Source: Candidatus Marinacidobacterales bacterium (GTDB taxonomy: Bacteria > Acidobacteriota > Vicinamibacteria > Marinacidobacterales > DATDRI01). From it: a stretch of DNA of 64,000 nucleotides. The stretch is taken from the NCBI GenBank assembly GCA_965226495.1, contig OZ245365.1, forward strand, positions 640,001 to 704,000, read 5' to 3'. Positions within the stretch are counted from its first letter, which is position 1. Every line of letters begins with the position of its first letter. The notes under the pieces were generated by a model. It was given only the letters and a program-made list of their open reading frames with translations. It was not told the DNA's origin and ran no database searches. Below are positions 59,342-64,000 of the stretch, one piece after another. The position numbers and the translations under genes were made by a program.

Positions 59342-61141
59342 TTAAGCTCCTTCCTCGATGATCTTCTTGAGTTCGTCTGGCAATTCCGGTTGCTCTCGGC
59401 TCATTATGGCCATCTCGTTTCCTTCTTGTTTGATCGCGAGCTCGATCCGCTCCTGCTTGGGATCGCTGGCCTGATAATCCAAACGCGAGTGAGCGCCCCG
59501 GCTCTCCGTTCGCTCGAGCCCGGCTCGCGCCACCGCTTCGGATACGATCATCAGCGACTTCAAATCGATCGCGGTGTTCCACCCCGGGTTGTACTCACGG
59601 TTGCCGGTGACACCAACTTTGGCCACTCGTTCCTTGATCTTTCCGAGATCATCGATCGCTCGCTTCAAGGTCGACGCCTCACGGATGATGCCGGCTTCGT
59701 TTTGCATGACTTTCTGGAGCGCGGCTTGTACCTGGAAGGGATTCTCTTCGGAGTCGCGATCGAAAGGAGCCAGGGCTTGGGCGATGCCGCGGTCGATCTC
59801 CGCTTCGGGGACCTCGGGTGCGGTCCCGTTCTTCTTGGCGAAATCTGCCGCGCCGGCCCCGGCCCGCCGCCCAAACACCAAGAGATCGCTCAAAGAGTTG
59901 CCTCCCAGACGGTTGGCGCCGTGCATTCCTCCCGTGACCTCGCCCGCAGCAAAAAGACCAGGGACGGTGGACTCTTGTGTCTCTGCATCCACCTTGATGC
60001 CACCCATGACGTAGTGGGTCGTGGGCCCAACTTCCATTGGCTCTTTCGTAATGTCCACGCCCGCCAGCTCTCTGAACTGGTGGTACATGCTGGGAAGTTT
60101 CTTCTTGATGTACTCCGCATTCTGCTTCGACGCGATGTCCAGGAAGGCGCCGCCGCGTGGACTTCCTCTTCCCGCTTCCACCTCGGCGAGGATCGCGCGC
60201 GCCACCACGTCGCGGGTCAGGAGCTCCGGTGGTCTGCGATTGTTCACCCGATCGCCGGCGACCCACCCATCGGCTTCGGCCTCGGTCTCGGCGTAGTCTC
60301 CCTTGAACATGTCCGGAACGTTGTCGAACATAAACCGCCTGCCCTCGGAGTTCCTGAGGACGCCTCCTTCTCCGCGGACACCCTCGGTCACCAAGATTCC
60401 CTTCACGCTCGGGGGCGAGACCATTCCGGTGGGATGGAACTGAACGAACTCCATATCGATGAGCTCGGCTCCCGCTTCGTAAGCAAGAGCGTGCCCATCA
60501 CCCGTGTACTCCCAGGAGTTCGAGGTGATCTGCCACGCCTTGCCGATACCGCCGGTCGCGAGCACCACCGCTTTCGCGCTGAAGAAAACAAAGCGGCCGG
60601 TCTCCCGCCAATAGGCGATGGCTCCCGCCACGCGGCCCCCAACGGTTGAGAGCGCCGTGACGGCGCACTCCATGGAGACGTCGATCCCGCTGTGGACGCC
60701 CTTGTCTTGGAGCACCCGGATCATCTCGAGTCCGGTTCGGTCACCAACGTGAGCGAGCCGCGAGTAAGTATGCCCACCGAACGGCCGTTGGTTGATGCGT
60801 CCGTCGTCGGTGCGGTCGAAGAGCGCTCCCCACGACTCCAGCTCGCGGACCCGGTCTGGAGATTCCTGCGCGTGGATTTGTGCCATGCGCCAGTTATTGT
60901 GCATCTTGCCGCCGCGCATCGTGTCGCGGAAGTGAACCTTCCAGTTGTCTTCGGAACGCACGTTGGCAAGGGCCGCCGCCGCACCGCCTTCCGCCATCAC
61001 CGTGTGAGCCTTGCCGAGCAGCGACTTACAGATCAGGCCGACCTTCGCGCCTTTCGCGCTTGCTTCGATGGCGGCGCGTAATCCCGCCCCGCCCGCTCCT
61101 ATCACGATGACGTCGAAATCTCGGCGTTGTATGTCAGCCAT
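59342..61141 (-). CDS. sdhA: Succinate dehydrogenase/fumarate reductase flavoprotein
   Basis: IGAGGAGL, KAHTVMAEGG, QFHPTG, TEGVRGEGG, HYVMGGI, HGANRLGGNSL, ESRGAH; ATG 61141 overlaps the upstream TAA. Confidence 0.92.
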   Translation of the reverse strand: MADIQRRDFDVIVIGAGGAGLRAAIEASAKGAKVGLICKSLLGKAHTVMAEGGAAAALANVRSEDNWKVHFRDTMRGGKMHNNWRMAQIHAQESPDRVRELESWGALFDRTDDGRINQRPFGGHTYSRLAHVGDRTGLEMIRVLQDKGVHSGIDVSMECAVTALSTVGGRVAGAIAYWRETGRFVFFSAKAVVLATGGIGKAWQITSNSWEYTGDGHALAYEAGAELIDMEFVQFHPTGMVSPPSVKGILVTEGVRGEGGVLRNSEGRRFMFDNVPDMFKGDYAETEAEADGWVAGDRVNNRRPPELLTRDVVARAILAEVEAGRGSPRGGAFLDIASKQNAEYIKKKLPSMYHQFRELAGVDITKEPMEVGPTTHYVMGGIKVDAETQESTVPGLFAAGEVTGGMHGANRLGGNSLSDLLVFGRRAGAGAADFAKKNGTAPEVPEAEIDRGIAQALAPFDRDSEENPFQVQAALQKVMQNEAGIIREASTLKRAIDDLGKIKERVAKVGVTGNREYNPGWNTAIDLKSLMIVSEAVARAGLERTESRGAHSRLDYQASDPKQERIELAIKQEGNEMAIMSREQPELPDELKKIIEEGA

Positions 61142-61932
61142 TAGAAAAGCCTCGGGTCGTTGATGATGCCCATCGCGCAGAGTCGGATGTAGACGTCGGT
61201 CAGCGCGACCCAGATCAGCGAGCACCACGCCCATACCATGTGATTCCGATTCAGAAAGCTCACTACGCTCCAGGCCTTGAAACGCGCCTTGCCGAACGAC
61301 GTGCAGGAAAAGCAATCTACGTTTCCGCCCACCAAATGACGAAACGAGTGGCACCCGAACGTGTACCCTCCGAGGAGAATGACGTTGAGGGTCATGACCA
61401 GTGTGCCGACGCCGACCCCGAACTCGTGCGCGCCGGCGAGCATTTCGCCGTTCGCACCAACTCCGTTTACCGGCCAGCTCATGGCCAGAAAGGCGTCGTA
61501 GCCCAGGATGAAGATGAAAAGGATGGCCAAGTACATGAAGAAGCGGTGGAGGTTCTGGAAAAGAAAGAGTTTCGTCTCCCCGCTATAGCTGTGCCGGGCC
61601 TCTCCAACCGCGCAAGCCACCGGGTCGAGGAAGAAGGCCCGATAGTACGCCTTGCGGTAGTAGTAGCACGTGGCTCGGAAACCCAGCGGCGCGCCTAGAA
61701 TCAAAAACGCAGGTGAGAGTGGCCACCAGTCGAACTGCAAGAGTGGTGAGTAGAACGGTGAGAGGTAGGGGCCCCACTCGAAATACTCGCCGATCCAGGC
61801 GGCCCAGGTCGAGTAGATCCCGAACGAACCCAAGACCATCGCGGTTACGAGCGGCTGAACCCACCAGGCATCTCGCCGAACGGTCGCGCCGAGCCTTCGC
61901 TCGGCCAGATCTTGCGCAGTTATTGTACTCAT
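61141..61932 (-). CDS. Succinate dehydrogenase membrane anchor, Rv0249c/Sdh1 (type F)-like
   Basis: RRDAWW, YLSPFYSP, GFRATCYYYRKAYYRAF..DP.ACAV, FQNLHR, GCHSFRH, LNRNHM; recalled similarity to the mycobacterial Sdh1 anchor. Confidence 0.8.
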   Translation of the reverse strand: MSTITAQDLAERRLGATVRRDAWWVQPLVTAMVLGSFGIYSTWAAWIGEYFEWGPYLSPFYSPLLQFDWWPLSPAFLILGAPLGFRATCYYYRKAYYRAFFLDPVACAVGEARHSYSGETKLFLFQNLHRFFMYLAILFIFILGYDAFLAMSWPVNGVGANGEMLAGAHEFGVGVGTLVMTLNVILLGGYTFGCHSFRHLVGGNVDCFSCTSFGKARFKAWSVVSFLNRNHMVWAWCSLIWVALTDVYIRLCAMGIINDPRLF

Positions 61933-61982
61933 TGTTGCTCCCGGATGGTTCTTTCTCGAACAGACGGGCGAACGGTCGAGAG

Positions 61983-62012
61983 ATTGTATTGTCGGGAAGG
62001 TCGGGCTGTCAA
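61983..62012 (-). promoter_or_regulatory. sigma70 promoter TTGACA-N18-TACAAT for the sdh operon
   Basis: Perfect -35 and near-consensus -10. Confidence 0.6.
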
Positions 62013-62028
62013 TGAGTCGTGCGCATCA

Positions 62029-63944
62029 TCACAAGAACACGTAGCGTTCGTAGAAACGCGGTGCCATCTCGGAGAACGCGAGGAGCCCTCCGATAACGAC
62101 CGCCAGTAAGAGGGCGATCGCTGCAAGGAGTCCGACTCGGCCCTTCTTCCGAAAACCTGCCACCCCCGCCATCATGACGCCGGCGCCGACAGCCAACATC
62201 GCGCCCACCCAGTAGAGCTCCTTCTGAAAGTGAAAGAGTTGTAACCAGTAGTAACGGAGCGCGTAGGCGACGGCCCCGGACAAAGCCCAAGCGGCAACAA
62301 TTAATCGGAGTGGCGCCGAGCTCGCTCGCTTAAGGGCATAGGCCACTCCGGCGGTCCCGAGCACGATGACCGAGCCCCCGAGGAACTCGATGGCGCGCGC
62401 CATCGCTGAGGTCAATCGTGACCCCAGAGGGAGCTCGGTCGCGTTCGGGACTTCCACGCCCGCCGGAAGAATCGCCGCGAAGACATTCGACACCGTTTCG
62501 GGATGGTAGGTCATGAGTCCAAGGGCGGCCCCGGTCAGCCCGGCCCCGGCCAACCGAAGCGCTCCTGCTCGACCGAGCCCACCGAGGAGAGGCGCGAGAA
62601 TCAGCAAGGATCCGACGAAGAGGCCTTGATGAATGAATCCGGACGTGTAGACGGCCAGGCTTGCCGCGATGAGCACCATCGTCGTGACGATACGGCGAGC
62701 CGGGAAGAGCGAAAGCGAAATACGAGCCAGGTAGGCGATGACGATCAAATCCAATAGATGACCCAGCAGCGCCGATAGCTCCAAGAGGAGGAGACTGCGA
62801 GTGTAGGCGGGAGTGAAGAGATAGATAACTCCGGCGAACAAGTCGGCCTGCGGCGCGCCGCTGAGCCGCCTGGCAAGATACCCCACCGGCAGCAGTGCGA
62901 GTGCGCTGAGGACGGCGCCGCCGAGCTTCAACCAAAGGACGGGGGCGTGATAGAACGAGTTTCCGAGATGAGCGAGTAGATAGAAAGCTACCGGGTAAGG
63001 GAACGCTTGGTACACACCTCCTACCGGGGCAACTCCAAGGTTGTGATGCATTTGGTACTCGGGGAGTCGATTCCAAAAATCGAGAACGCCCCGGTGGTAG
63101 ACCAACTCCAAAAGAGTCTGGTGAATGGAAACGTCTGTGAAGAAGAAGCTCGGATGAAAGACCAGGAAGCCTTTGAGGAGGAGTGCCACGTAAAGCAAAG
63201 CCAAGAACCAGGGGCTCAGCCGTGGGGCAAGCAGTCTCGCTACTCCGATCACGGGAAGCCCCAGCATCGCCAACGCCGCCCCACGCCGCACGAGATGAAC
63301 GGTGGCAAACGGATCCTGAAAGCTAAGGGCCCAGAGGATCGTCGCGAGAACCAGCGATGCGATGAGAGACGCGGAAATGGAGAGCCCGCCCAAGCCGAGA
63401 ACGAGGAAGGAAAGCACGAGAAGAATCGCGCCTTGCTGTGCGAGTCGCGCCTGAGGCCTCGCCCTGTGCCCTTTCCATTCGACCCTATCGATTCTCAGTG
63501 TGCCGGGCGAGCCGTCTTGCGTCTCCGACCTGAGGCGAATGCTCGCCCTCGCGCGGGTCTCGGGGAGCTCGACGACGATCTCTCGAAAATCCGAGAAAGG
63601 CGGGATCGTCATCTGGCGGGTCGTCCCGTCGTCCAATTCGATCTTGAGAACGACCGCTTCAGAAGCGGGTTGTGTGACGGCGAGCACGACGCTTCCCGGT
63701 CCCTGAACCGTGACCGGAAGTTGAAGCCGAGCGCGCCTTCCCATCTGCCGCCAGGTGCGCTCGCGTCATAGCGCCAGTAGTCGGAAAGACCCTGGACGTA
63801 GTCGGCATCTCCCGGACCAATGTCCATGTTTAGCCGCTCGTGTCGAAGACTGCCAAGGAGAAGGACGTAGGAGGCGAGACAGACAAGCAACGCGGCGAAC
63901 GCCCAGCGAAGCGCGGTGAAGCGGTGGTTTACCTGGGGGCTCAT
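62029..63944 (-). pseudogene. Polytopic membrane protein (possibly GT-C-like) split by a 1-nt frameshift near 63764
   Basis: ORFs 63609..63944 and 62029..63744 join as YWRYD(G)ERTWRQMGRRARL if one base is added; many TM segments. Confidence 0.6.
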
Positions 63945-64000
63945 TTCATGGTGTGTCCGCCCGCCGCTCTTCGTGAACGAGACGGCGGAGCCGCGACATG

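Noticed and set aside
59228-60649. Long antisense or alternative-frame ORFs (e.g. 473 aa opposite sdhA, 366 aa opposite pilY1, 296 aa opposite gene 3b)
   Set aside because: Shadow ORFs expected from high-GC codon bias; no recognisable motifs.
53693-61354. Long N-terminal extensions of ccmA, the zinc-ribbon gene and sdhA in the ORF track
   Set aside because: They overlap well-supported upstream genes; downstream coupled starts fit better.
63946-64000. Possible 3' end of another minus-strand gene (…RLRRLVHEERRADTP*)
   Set aside because: Too short to call at the window edge.
1-64000. tRNA, rRNA, IS, integrase or prophage genes
   Set aside because: None recognisable by eye; tRNAscan-SE, Infernal and ISEScan would be needed to exclude small elements.

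Overview
GC-rich bacterial window, most consistent with an Acidobacteriota (Vicinamibacteria-like) genome; this is inferred from gene content (DUF4388 and PEGA-TonB kinases, ccm layout). Positions 1-30290 hold a tandem array of four giant modular secreted-protein genes. Three end in an almost identical cassette: a PLATAVELVSF motif, an Ig/FN3-like domain, a C25 propeptide and a PorU/gingipain-type C25 cysteine peptidase. Their N-terminal passengers differ and are shuffled from shared modules (DUF2341, LamG, delta-60 propeller, beta-helix, unnamed domains). Gene 3 is split by a 20-bp tandem duplication. Gene 4 ends abruptly at a junction with a 5'-truncated NTPase/HEAT gene. Genes 2-4, an RHH-Ser/Thr kinase operon and an orphan pilY1 each carry a sigma54 (-24/-12) promoter, an IHF-like site and a shared ~18-bp palindrome (97-100 bp upstream in four cases, 152 bp in one). 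This suggests an undescribed sigma54 surface-protein regulon. The right half contains a kinase-PEGA-TonB gene, an acyl-CoA catabolic operon with an NSS transporter, a GT2, a variant System I* ccm cluster with extra genes, a mycobacterial-Sdh1-like succinate dehydrogenase and a frameshifted membrane protein. No rRNA, tRNA, CRISPR array or transposase was seen. All domain calls are motif recognition by eye, not database searches.
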